Shown here: positions 49,802 through 62,200 of the stretch, piece by piece
Numbering within the stretch: the stretch's first letter is position 1
Layout of the letters: each line of letters opens with the position of its first letter
Source: Marsupella aquatica
Lineage: Eukaryota; Plantae; Marchantiophyta
NCBI GenBank assembly: GCA_973895155.1
Contig: OZ316894.1
Coordinates: forward strand, 16,662,216 to 16,726,215
Direction of reading: 5' to 3'
Length of the DNA: 64,000 nucleotides
Notes under the pieces: generated by a model
Told to the model about the DNA's origin: nothing
Database searches by the model: none
What the model saw: the letters and a program-made list of their open reading frames with translations, nothing else
Position numbers and translations under genes: made by a program

Positions 49802-52800
49802 AGGACTAGTCGCAACGTTTCACTTTGAAATTTCACAATACCCCAGAAACGGGGCAAAGTTTGTTGACTCTGGGGAATACGGATTCAGACGATTCTGGAT
49901 TTGTCAGATGGAAGCCAGAATGCTGCTGAAGGTAAACTGTTAGTGTGGATTGTTCACAGGAGCAATCCCATTGAATGATCGCCCTCAAGGCGACCCTGCA
50001 GTGCCACAGGTGCTGCCGCCATACACCTCAATATCCCTGAGGGTTAACTCACCACTTCAGGTATTCGGTTGGTACACTTACATCTGTGTGGGGAAGTGAC
50101 AATTGGGAAGCGAAAGGATGGTCCAAATGCTATCCGTCATCGTTAGAGCCTGCAAATACTCAGAAGAACAAGTTTGTTCAACCCACTCAGCGTTGACGGC
50201 CATGATTCTTCCCCAGATCCATTCTTACAACATCCTAGTAAATTTATTTCGTTTGAATTCGCTGTCAAGTGCAGCTCGGCTGAAAACTCTGAACTGACGT
50301 AGGGACTTCTGGGGTCATGTCTGTAAAAGCTTAGTTGGCTTAGGAGCTGCTAAGTTCTACTGTGCCCACAGGTATCTTATGTGTTTGCTTGCCCTCAGCA
50401 AGTGGAACGTTCTCAACCACCTGGTTGGCTTTCGAAGTGTCAAGGTCTGCGGTAATTATTAGAGAGAATTTAGTCATTTACATTAAGGTTGTCTGTGCTA
50501 GAATGACATTTTATGTCTGCAAGACTAGCCCGAAACCGTGTAAGACTAGCCTGAATACCGATGCATAAGGGCTCCCTGTACCCCGACGCCTATGTTTGGA
50601 TCCACAAGCTTAAATTAAATATTAAAAGAATGTCACCAGAGAAATTGTCGCCTATGTCTCACTCTAAGGAGTACCTTATGAAAGGTACATGAAAACTAGA
50701 CTTGGATCACAAACTATAGTATATATACATACATTGTCTGGTCAATGCTTGTGTACCATAAATTAGTATCCGAACTCTATTTCGTGAAGCATGTTACAGA
50801 TTACAGTATACATTGTGTCTGTCTGGTTGATGGTTGTGTATCAAAAGTTAATTATGCTAAAGTGTCAAGTCTGCCCCGACATTGCCTTGACTTTGTACTT
50901 GGAAAACTCAGAGTCAACCTTCTCTGACCTTCTATGACATACAGTCCTGCCCAAAATCTCCTACGGTTGCTGCACCAAATGTGGGGAAAGTGGGTAATGA
51001 TCTCAACAGTCCAACGAGGAACTCAAAATTGGGGCCGGGTTCTTAAGTTGTGGAATGACTCATGCCTGTAAGGCCGCCCGTGGGCTGCATGAAGGGCCTG
51101 GAAATTTTTGGCTCAACATGTGATCCTATCCATCAATCTCAAAACTCAACAAGGAGACAAGTGGGGTTGTTATTCACTTTACTCTTTTGTCTCCTGTTCT
51201 AGGCAGTTATTTATAGGTCTGGCCATTGTTCTGGCCGTGAGTCAAACACACAGGGCTAAGTTTGTGTACTGTCACAAACATATACAGCCCTGTTTGTGAC
51301 AAGAAATGATGGCATGCCCTCACGTGCAGCCAGTAAATTTGGAGAGCACTGTTTATGGGGCTCGCAACAAACTAATCTGTCTACAAATTGAGAATCAAGT
51401 CTGTGATTTTCCAGTGACTTTAGTATATTGTTTCTCACTTTCATTTCTTCCTCTATTTCTTCCATTTCATTTTTTCCACTTGCATGTTCAAGCCTTTGCA
51501 TTTGGGTGTAGCAGCAGCTTCTCTAAATTTGGCTACATATGCCTTGATAAGCACAAATTAGTTAATCAGAGCATTATTTCTAAGAGAATTTTGAGAGTAC
51601 CTCAGAAAAGGCCTCAAGGATCTTAATTTGATGATTTGATCCTATTTGATATTGATAATTTCCTGAATGGTCAACATAAAAAGAACCCACTTGTCCAATG
51701 ACAGTAATCTTTTTTGTTTGTTTTCCAAGATTTAGGCAGGTTATGGCCACATACAAGTAAAAGGCGTGGACATGGTCCCTAGAGTCCCTGGGCAAATAAA
51801 GGCAGAGCCTCTAGTATCCATACATAGTGCTGCTTATTGTAGCCTCCATTGTAGCTATAGGGCATTCAACACGTCGAGGACATTTTGTCAAGTGTAAGAA
51901 CCTTTAGTGTATCTTCCAATACCTTGCGCCCACTATTTCTTCTTATTCCCTGTTAGATTAACTCTAGCCCATATTACGGGCTTTGCTCGGATATCCTGTT
52001 GGGCTTTTTTGGTATTGATGGCCTTCTTTGGTCCCCCCCCTCCATGAGATTCACGCGGAAGAGAAAAAAGGAAAAAGATTGACTTTAGCCCATAGTGTGA
52101 ATGGAAGGGGTTGCAGTTGGCTTTACTTGTACTCAGCTCTCATTCAGGGATGGTGACTGCCAATCCTAATGGCAAGGTGGGCCCAAGTAAATGCTAATGT
52201 GGAGTACTTATTTGGTCCAGAATTGTAGGCCATCTTTGAAGATGGTCTAAACATTTCCAAACTTTAGTTCCTTTTATAGAATGATCTGCATTCTGGGTTA
52301 TTTTGTCTTAATAAGATTTTTGATGTACATTTTGGTTTCAATTTGTTATAGACAAGGTGCATCCACTGTATTATTGGAATTTGAAATCATAATTACCCCT
52401 TCTTTTTGGTACCTGCTGTTTTGGTGTGTACTTATTTTCAATCTTGCCCATCCTTTGTTAGATTATGTTGTTTTTATTGGTATATTCAAGTTATACTAAA
52501 TTAAACCCTAAGCTATCTCCTCCCAAGAATGTGAGAAATCCAAGGAGTGAGAGAAACAAACACTTCAAGATAATGTCAACCACTCCCCTTTTAACTACAT
52601 CTGAGAGTTTTGTTTCCTCCCGTGTTTCCTACATTTATGGTTTTGAGTGACTTACGTATCGCTAACCAAAGTTATTATGAGAAAAACATGAGAGGCCCAC
52701 CACTCTTTTGAAAGGGATTCACAATCATTTAAAAGCTAAATACTTGTCTCTAGAAAATGACATGTGAGGATAAAAGCAGGGCCAAGACTATGTAAAATGA

Positions 52801-55800
52801 ATAAACTGTGAGGAGATGACACTTTGTAACAGAATAAGCACTGAGGAGAGGCCACATTTACTCTATCGCCCAAAACTAATTTATTCTTACTTTAAAGTGT
52901 CGTACAAATCTACTCTGGATGAGCAATGTAATGTCTAAAGGAACTCTAAATGTCTATCTTGGAATCCCATCCATTTATTGATATAGCCATGATAACCAAC
53001 ACAGCATACAGAAAGGGAGACCCATACAAACAGTTCCTGTGGGACCTAAAATCAAAAGGCCAGAAGCCAACTAAGAGGGGGCCGGTACGAGGTGGACTAT
53101 GGACTAACTACACTAAACTACCAACCTGGTGTCAGCTCGGGGGGTCAATTACCAACAAAAAAAACAGTAATGTAAAATCCATATTTTCATATTATTTTGA
53201 TTAAATTTTTATAAAGAAAAGAAAGTCAAATCTATTCATGATAGAAAAATGTACAAATTTTAATTTCTTATAAAGTAAAATAGGTAGTTTAAAATTCAAA
53301 ATAGTAATATTTTTTTTAGAAAATAAGGGTATTTTAACTAGATCAGAAAAATAGCACATGGCATCCTATAAAACAAGCCAGAGGTGTCAGGAGACCATAA
53401 TCCCTTACAATGCCAGCTACAACACTAAGGATGGGTAATAAGTGCGCTAAACCTGCCCAAGTCATTGTTGTGTCCAGAGTACAACCATGTTGTGTTGAGA
53501 GCTCCTTTAAGGGATCTGGGAGGCACCACCAGTACCATTCACCCTCCTATCATTCTCAATAGCCCACAAGTACATGAGTACAAAAGTTGAAGTAGATATT
53601 GGCAGGACTCCCCATCTTGGGATCTTACCTAGAGTACTTTATAATGTAATTGAGGTCCGACATACAGGTTGCTTGTGCGTAACTGTTTCCGGAGATATTT
53701 GCGTTTCCACAATCTCTTTCCCCTGGATTGTTTCTGGGAGTATTCGCAATTTTCATAATCTTGCTCGGAAATTCATGATTGATAATCTTTTCCCAAACAG
53801 TGGTTAAGTAATATAAAGCAGGTCTGGGTAGTAATTTTTAGCTTGAACACTCCCCCTCCTCCTCTGCCCCCCAGAATGCTCAGAAATTCCCCCTGGCTAA
53901 GGACGGTCAATTTTTACTCACTTTCTGGTCACAGTCTAGACTGCCGGCATCCTATACATCAGACAAGAAGATTGGGAGGGACAATTGATCATTCAAAATG
54001 AACTAGCAAGTAGAGGCACACTCAAGGTACCACCACTTCTTGGGGGTCAACTTATTGTCATTTTAGCAAGCCTGACCTAGTTAAATAACCCAATTTTATC
54101 CAGAGAAAATGATTTACTTTGTAAAATGAACAGATAAGGAATATTCATTACAGAACTCCATGGGAAGCTTCTTCCAAAATCCTTGGAAGCATGTGCAGCC
54201 ACATCAGCCCCATTGGTCACAAACATGCAGAGTAAATTATGCAAGAAGGGAAACGTCAAACAAAAACAACCATATCTCCTCAAAGGGAAATGTATTGGAG
54301 TATTTATTGGGTGCAATGGAAAGCTCTCAAGGAGGACTGCATACTCTTGATCTAAATTGAATTCAAGGATGCCTTTGGTGGTCATGATTGCAAGAGCTAT
54401 CTTGCCTGCTTGCCAATCCTACCGAAACAACAGCCAAGCCGTGTTCAGTTTCCCATGGGAGCTTGCGTTGGGGAGACATAACAGAGTAGGCATAGGTGTT
54501 GAGGTCCAAGTGCATCTTACCTTTGGTCTCCCAATTGAGTTGGACACAATTGCTAGGGTTGGGGCCAAAGTGGTTGCGAGTTGTGGAACTCGACTACCTT
54601 AACACTTAGCTCCGGCGTCATTGACTCCGACATTGAGCTCCCTTATGGTCCAGGCCCGGATAGGCCATCCGGGGAGGACTTAGCATGGGGAGACTTGTGA
54701 GCGATGAGACGTGGCGCTAGCAATGGCAAGGAGCCAAGCTGGTGACACACACTAAGGACTTGGACTAGCTGAGAGCCGGTCGGGTCCAGGGGAAATGGGC
54801 CAGGCTCAAGGACAACCGTCCAGGACTCTGGATGGACTTTGAGTTCCGAGGGCTTGAGTGTGAGCTCCTCTTGGGCCCAAGGCCCATGGAGTTGACGCCA
54901 TGGGCAACGGACGCTTGGGGCGCAAGTTACGACCTGATCAGGGGCCCCGAGCGGCGATAAGACCTGAGGGCCTAGGCATGAGCACTGGGTCAGCCCGATC
55001 ACAATGGGCTAAGGCACTCCGCTTGCGGATGCCTAACGAGAAAGTTATGGGCGTTGCCAGTTGGTGGCGCACCCATTATGCGCGATTGGATCCGGGTTGG
55101 GGGCCAAATGTTTAGGGACCAAAGTTGGTCCGGGGGTGGCAGGTCTCTAGAAGCATATATATATGAGGGGATGGTGTCTCCCTGGGGGCTAAGGGCGAGC
55201 CGAAGTCGTGAGCCGCGGCGATCGCGACACCAAGGGAATCCGCCAAATGGAAATGGTGATATCTTCCCAATTGGAAGTCCGTTGGAGGACTTCTTGGGTG
55301 CATTGGAGGACTTCTTGGGTGCATTGGAAAGCTCTCAACAAGGGCTACGCCCTCCTGAGCTCAATTGGGTTTGGGGGCACCATGGGTTCTTGGGGTTTGC
55401 GGGTGTTAACTCGCCCGCTTGCCAAATCCTGTCGAACAGCAGCCAAGCCGCGTTCAGTCTCCCAAGGGAGCTTGCGTTGGGGAGGCAAGGCCAAGTAGGT
55501 GTGGAGGTCAAGTTCCAAGAGTGCTTGGTCCCTAGACTGTCAGTGAGGCAAATCGAGAGTTGGTTGCTAGAGGCGGGGCCATTCTGGTCCCGGTGTGTTA
55601 GGACAAGCTTTAGGACAAGCTACGCTAATTGGGCCATGAGCATGTCCTGGGGTCAGGGCGGTCAGTTGGTGATGGATAGGTACGAGGGGGAACCCGGGCT
55701 CCGCCCAAGGAAGGAGTTGTTCTGGACGAACAGTGGACGTGGGTTCTGGTTCCGGCTTATGGCATCGAGAGGACCTATCGCTGACCTATTTACCAATGTC

Positions 55801-56935
55801 TGTCGAGCTTGAGTTAGGATGCTAGACTTGGCGAGATCTAGATCCTGAAGGGTTACTTACCGGGGTGCTTGGTTGCTTGTGCAAACAGTGAGGACCGTTG
55901 AGTAGCGGTCGCGTTGGAGAGCAAGTGCAGCTTCGTATGGGAGGGGCCGTTGGTGGCGCAAGGGGCGCTAGGGTGCTTGCTTGAGGTATTCTGTGGAGGC
56001 GTTCGGGCAACAGGGGCACTTAGGCGTGAGTGCTGGGATTGGTGAGGGCGATGGGTGGTAAGGTCCACCACTTTGCGGCATTTGAGACAAGCTTTGTGAC
56101 AAGCTAGCTATTTGGGCCACATAGGGCCATGGGCATGTCCTGGATGCAGGGCTGTCAACTAATGACGTATAGAAAGTGGGGAAACTTGGAAACCACCCGA
56201 TATAGTGGATGTTCTGGACAAACAATGGATGTCGACCTTAGCTTCAACTTATGGGAAGGGCATCCAAGCCTGGGAGGCTCTCCCGGAGGCTCTATCCGTT
56301 GACCTACTTACTAACAACTATTAAACTTGAGGCAAAATAATAGTCTTGGGATCCAAGATCAAGGGCTGGCGGGTTACTTACCAATACTGTTGGTTGCTTG
56401 CGATAATAAGGGCCGTTGAGCGATGATCATGCTGAGGAGCAAATGCGGCATTGTATGGGAGTTACCGTTGGCAGTGATAGAGACACAAAGTTCCTTGCTT
56501 GCGGAGTTCCGTGTAGGTATTCGGCACCAAGAGTATTTGGGCAAGGTACTAGGTTTGGTGAGAGCACTAGGTGGCTAGGTCCACCACTGGCGAGTAGCGC
56601 CTTGCCATTTAGCAATGGGCCAATGAGGGCCAAGCTCGGGTTAGCCCATGTGGTTAACATAACCATATATACAAAATGGGGGGCACTGGATAATAAATTA
56701 GTTTTGGGGACTAGTTGGTAAATGCGCGCATTCAATTTGGGGGACAGGTTAGTAGAAAGTTGTTTCCCCTAATGCTTTGGAAACAACACCTTCATATACT
56801 TAAACACTTGAGAAATTTTCATGTTTACTAATATAGTAAAAGTAGAGGAGAATCTGCCTGAAGAGACTATCCAAATGTTGGCCCAACATTCTTCTCCAAG
56901 CATGCACTAAAAAGTCATTAAAAGCAATAAATTTG

Positions 56936-57662
56936 AATAGTATTCCCAACCTTGGATATGATTTCTCAAACATATATTTAATTTTAACTAGGATGACTAG
57001 GATGATTTCAGAACCCTAACCCCTGAACTCCCTCCAAGCTTGGGCTCCCAACTGTTGGTTTGGGTGACTTACACACTTAAGCCAGCAGGAAAACTGCATG
57101 TTAATTAAACCTTTTGTTTTAAGAGTATTCCCAAGCTTGCATGACGTTTCTCAAACATACATTTTAACTAGGATGACTAGGATGATTTCAGATTAAAAAA
57201 ACTCTCCTTCATACATTCTGTGGTCCCATCCAAGTTGTAAGGTTTGGATGGACATCCCTTCCAAGCAGGTTTAGAGCTTGTGGCTCCCAATGGTTTGTTT
57301 GAGTGACTTACACACTCCTGCTAGCACACAAGCTAGCAGAAAAATAAATTCATATTAAACCTTTTGTTTCAATAGTACTCCCAAGCTTGCATAAGACTTC
57401 TCAAACAAAATTTCAATTTACCCTTACTAGTATAAGTGTTTTTCCTTGCCAGGCATCAACAAAAATAGTTCTGTTTGTTTCTTGTAGAGAATCATCGGTT
57501 CCTATTTGTGATTAAACTTGATGATGTGGCAAAATGTGGTGCTAGACATTTTGGAAGGAGCTTCCCAGGGTGTAAACACAGTAAAGGGGGCAAAGAGGGA
57601 GGCATAGCACACAAAGGACAAGTAGAAAATGAAAGGCCCTAGGATGACTAGGATGATTTCAC
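56936..57662. repeat. Degenerate tandem repeat with ~185-250-bp period
   Basis: AGTATTCCCAAGCTTG..TTCTCAAAC occurs three times and CTAGGATGACTAGGATGATTTCA three times. Confidence 0.8.
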
Positions 57663-57664
57663 AA

Positions 57665-58013
57665 CTAGCCCAAACTACCCATTCTTTGAACACGAATAGC
57701 GGAGAGTACAACAAAAATGTTACCAAAATATATTCTCTATTCATTTTTTCGAATGTTAATGAAATGATTAAAAAACCCATCATTTTAAAAGTCATATATA
57801 ATATACCATTCTCCTTTGTATGCACATTCTTCCTTCTATGCAAATATGTTTGTGGTGGGGCCAATTATCACAAAGAACTTGCATGTATCAGTTCATAGAT
57901 ATCATAGTCATGACTTTTTCCATGCACATGATGACCATGAGTTTTTGTCTAGAAGCTTCATTCTAGACCTAGACTCTTAAAAGTAGACTTCACTTGGCAC
58001 TTTTATAGTAAGA
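57665..58013 (-). mobile_element. Non-autonomous Helitron-like element; its 5' end is duplicated out to ~58120
   Basis: A|CTAGCCC..CCCATTCTTTGAAC ... TTTTATAGTAAGA|T. Collinear with 30042-30444 (GTTAATGAAATGAT, TATCATAGTCATGA..CACATGATG). Confidence 0.75.
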
Positions 58014-58487
58014 TAAAATGAAAAGGCGCACTCTTATATATTTTATGATCACATCCAGGGCTCTTAAAAGTAGACTTCACTTGACACTTTTAGATTTCAC
58101 TTGACACTTTTATAGTAAGATGAAAAAGCTCTCTCTCATACATTTTATGATCACATCCAAGCTCGAAGGTTTGAATGGACACCCCATCCGAGCATGTGAC
58201 TCCCAGCCGTTCGTTTGAGCAGAGCCACGCAATCACGCTTCCAAGCAGAAAAAAACAAACGGTAAATAACACGTTGTAAAGTATAGGGTAATGACAGCTT
58301 GGTCTTGGGTTACTGGTCTGTAACCCTGTGACCAGAAAGTGAGTAAATACTGACCGGCGTCAGCCGGGAAGTTTTTTTGAGCTTTGTGGGAACAGGTTTC
58401 AGACACTAACCTCAGCCCAAGCTGTCATTATCATACATATACCTGTCCGAGGAAAAGATTCCCGAGAACATTTTCTAGACAGAAGAT

Positions 58488-58602
58488 TATGGAAATGGTG
58501 ACACTTAGTAGAAAAGGTTACACATGGGTAATCTTACTTGATTATGAAAATGGTATGGAAATGGTGACACTTAGTAGAAAAGGTTACACACGGGTAACCT
58601 TA
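58488..58602. repeat. 66-bp-period tandem duplication upstream of the CNNM gene
   Basis: TATGGAAATGGTGACACTTAGTAGAAAAGGTTACACA occurs twice. Confidence 0.9.
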
Positions 58603-59107
58603 TTTCCTGACACGAATTACGTGCTCTAGCGATGTCCGTCCTCGTCCATGCTTCTTGGAACGACTCTTGCGATCATAAACAAAACCCACGTTCTATTGCT
58701 TGGGCAGTCGATACATTACATTATTGCTGTCGTATGTGCGGCAATCCTGTCAGGTCCGATTTGGCAATTCGGACGAGACCTGTGCGGTGACGAGAGGCAG
58801 ACGGAGAGCGGAGAGCGAGAGAGTGCGAATTTTGGAGCTGGAGCTCCAGCTCTGCATCCAGGCGAGCAGGCAGGCGTACATGGTACTGCCTGTAGCAGCG
58901 AGCCCCAGACGACACCACCATTTCGCAGGCAGGGAGCAGTCGACGAGAATGCGCAGCTCTCCTGTGATGCTGGAGTAGCTTGAGGAGATTGGACTCACGG
59001 GGTTTGGAAGATGTCGAGGAGCCACGATATTCTTCATCGATTTGTCTAAGTGAGGGTTTGATTGATTGAGTGATTGCACCACTGTTCCAGTGATCCAGTC
59101 GCGTCTA

Positions 59108-59163
59108 GGCAAGGCAAAGCAAGGCAAGGCAAAGCAAGGCAAGGCAAAGAAAGGAAAGGCAAA
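59108..59163 (+). repeat. (GGCAA/AGCAA)n microsatellite in the probable 5' leader of the CNNM gene
   Basis: Read directly, ~60-120 bp upstream of the ATG. Confidence 0.85.
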
Positions 59164-59224
59164 GGTGAGGTAGGGCAAGGGTATTGAAGGTAGAGGGAAG
59201 AGAGAAGAAAGAAGGCGACGAAAG

Positions 59225-62200
59225 ATGATGGTAGACCTGGATTTGGAGGAGGCTGGTGGAGCCGAGTGGTTGGTGGATGGAGCTATATCATTCGCCCTGG
59301 TCGTTTTCGCGGGCCTGATGTCTGGACTGACGCTGGGCCTGATGTCGCTAGATGTTGTCGATTTGGAGGTCCTGCAGCGGAGTGGGAGTGCGACGGAGAA
59401 GAAACAAGCTGGTGAGTTCGCTTCTCCTTGTGGAGTGGAGCTCCTCTCTCCCTCTCTCTCTTTGGATACTTAATGAAGCCTCTCTGCTTGTTTGTGGAAA
59501 TCTTTGGGGCAAACTCCAATGCATGGGCCTATGCCGGATCCTCCGCATGTCTACTCTCCAGATGATGGTTCCGGTGACATCAGAGTCCTGCCCATGCAAC
59601 GATTCCCTCTTTTCCCATCGCGCGAATTTCTACCTATGATTTGAATAAAAGATGATAATGAAAGCCAACAGGACTTGTCCCGGTTAGGCGTATAAGTGCA
59701 TAAAAGTTATAAACCAATTTGTTCCTGGAGAAATCATGCCAATTAGGGACTAGGGAGTCTTGGGCTTATACATGCGGTTTTTCTTGAAAAGATAATTATT
59801 CTACAGGTCCCTTGGAAACAGAACTATGCCGGTCCATATCATACATGTAGGGAGAGTTTACTGTTTTGAAAAAAGGATTCCAATATGGCTTTAAGCCTAG
59901 TTTAGTGCGCTCAAACCCTGGATGCTGGCAAATTTGACTGATTGCGGTTCACCTGGCAAGGAATGAGGCTTTTAGTTTTTAGTATGACGGCCCCATACTT
60001 GCTCCGTTAGACTGTCTTGTCTGTATAAGTTTTGCTTAGCATTGATATCTATTCTTCACAATTTTCAGTAGATGAATACTTGCAGAACCTTGTCCACCTA
60101 GTGACTTTGGACAATGATATGACTGCTCCTCCGTGCTCTTTATTTTTTTTTTGTTTAGATTTTTTTCCATATGTCGACTGCACCTCGGATTCCCGCTGTC
60201 TAAGACTTAGACTAGTGAGCAGCAATCCGATGAATCGTACAATAATAGTTAGACATTCATCGTCAGAAATCGTCAGTGTTTTTGGCTAAAAAGCCCTTAA
60301 AAAAGCACATTAACGCACCGTTCCTACAAGCTTCTTTGGGCCTGCTCCGCGTCCCGGCGGATGGTGGCTAAAATTCATCCAAGAATACCCCCATCATTGA
60401 TTATGGGGCCGTCAAGTAGTCTGGAGTCAAAACAGAAAACTAAAAGCTGCAATATTGCTTTTGGGGTAGCTTCATTGAAGCCTGGTGTTTTGAAAAACTT
60501 GTACTAACCCAGCTATGGTAATTTTTCGTCGCGTCATCCGCTTGGGTTGCTTTATAGTCGGCTCTTGTCTTCTAGTCCCCTTCGGCCAGGGGCCGGGTCT
60601 TTGGCAGGAAAGGGTGAATACTTAAAGTGACTACTGACCATTGATATTTGCGTGTCTATCCGTCCGCTTTTGCACTGTCTACACGCACCGGAAAATGAAC
60701 TGAATTGTCTTTGATACTCAGGGTCGGACACCGTTTCATTTCTTGACAAACTCTGGTTGCCATGTTCAGCTGCAATCGCCCCAGTTGTCCAGGAGCAGCA
60801 CCAGCTCCTTGTGACTTTACTTCTTTGTAATGCCGCTGCAATGGAGGTACGTCCTGTTCAATATTGGCCGGCGCTAGATGGCGCTTCTCTAGATCACAGC
60901 TCAGTCATTTTCGGTTAGAACTCGTTAGGACTTCTGGCATAAGAATGCAAGAACCTTGCCCGTAGTGCGTTAGATGTATGTTATTGGCTGGCGTTAATGC
61001 TTGACGTCAAGAGACGCTGATTCCGGCCTGATTCCAAGTTTCATGCTGTGGCCGAGATGTTTCCACCCTAATGTGTTCATCATTGTGCATTTTCATGCGT
61101 CTGCAGGCTCTTCCAATCTTTCTGGATAATATGTTCCATCCAGTGGTAGCTGTCATCTTGTCGGTGACATTTGTACTAGCTTTTGGGGAAGTAAGTAGAG
61201 CGTCCTGTTGGCGGATTCAATTTGCAGCGTCTATATTCATCTCAGATAGATTGAACAATCAGATGACAAGTTCTACCCCGTTTCCTAGTTTGTCAGGGAA
61301 ACTGAATCTGTACTATCTTCACTTGATATTTAATTAGGGAGTCGAGACTGTCATGTCGAATCTTGGTGTGTTTCTCAAGGGTGGATTCTTAAAGCTGGAC
61401 ATCGTCTATTAGTAGTGGGTGTCGCCGTTTGATATTCCTCCTGCCATTATGGCCCCAGGTCTCGATGGGTTGAGCACTTTTGTAGATTCTAGATCGCTCG
61501 ACTTTTGAAAGAACGGGTCGAAGTAGTTCATACCCAGAAGCGCCTTATGCTTGTTGTCAGCTTCGTGAGCTGGGCTCTACTTGAAACTTATTGTCTTTTT
61601 TTGGTGTTTTGTCTTTCTTTCGAGAATAGGCAAGGGGGGATGTTTAAGCTTTTTGCCTTACTTTCAGGTTATCCCACAAGCAATATGCTCACGGTACGGC
61701 CTTGCTGTTGGGTATTACTTGATATGGATGGTGCGAATCCTGATGTTCATTTGTACTCCGATTGCTTATCCTGTTGGAAAGGTACGAAATCAAATCAAAA
61801 TTCAAAGTACGTCTCAGGCACCATGTTCATGCAGAGCATAAACAGGGAGTGAATAATGCAGGTTGGCTTCTTTCGAGTGGTATCTAGCGGAGAGTCTTTT
61901 GGAGTTCCAGTTGCTAGTGTAGACTCATTTTTCACACAGTTTGAACCTGATGTTTGTTCTGGGTTTAAAAGTGATCTAATATCTTGTGGAGTCATAATGT
62001 TTGTAGCTGCTGGATTATTCGCTTGGACATAATGACTCGGCTTTGTTCAGACGTGCCCAATTAAAGGCCTTAGTGTCAATTCACGGGGCAGAGGTATGAC
62101 TCCTGACAATGAACTTTCTAATTCTATATACTATGACTATGAATTTCTCGAATGATTCATTTGCTTCTGAGAGAAACTTGTAGTGTGTGACTGTACATAG

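Noticed and set aside
55054-55812. 252-aa ORF
   Set aside because: No recognisable domain. It lies in a repeat block whose other copy contains stops, so it is probably a chance ORF in GC-richer DNA.
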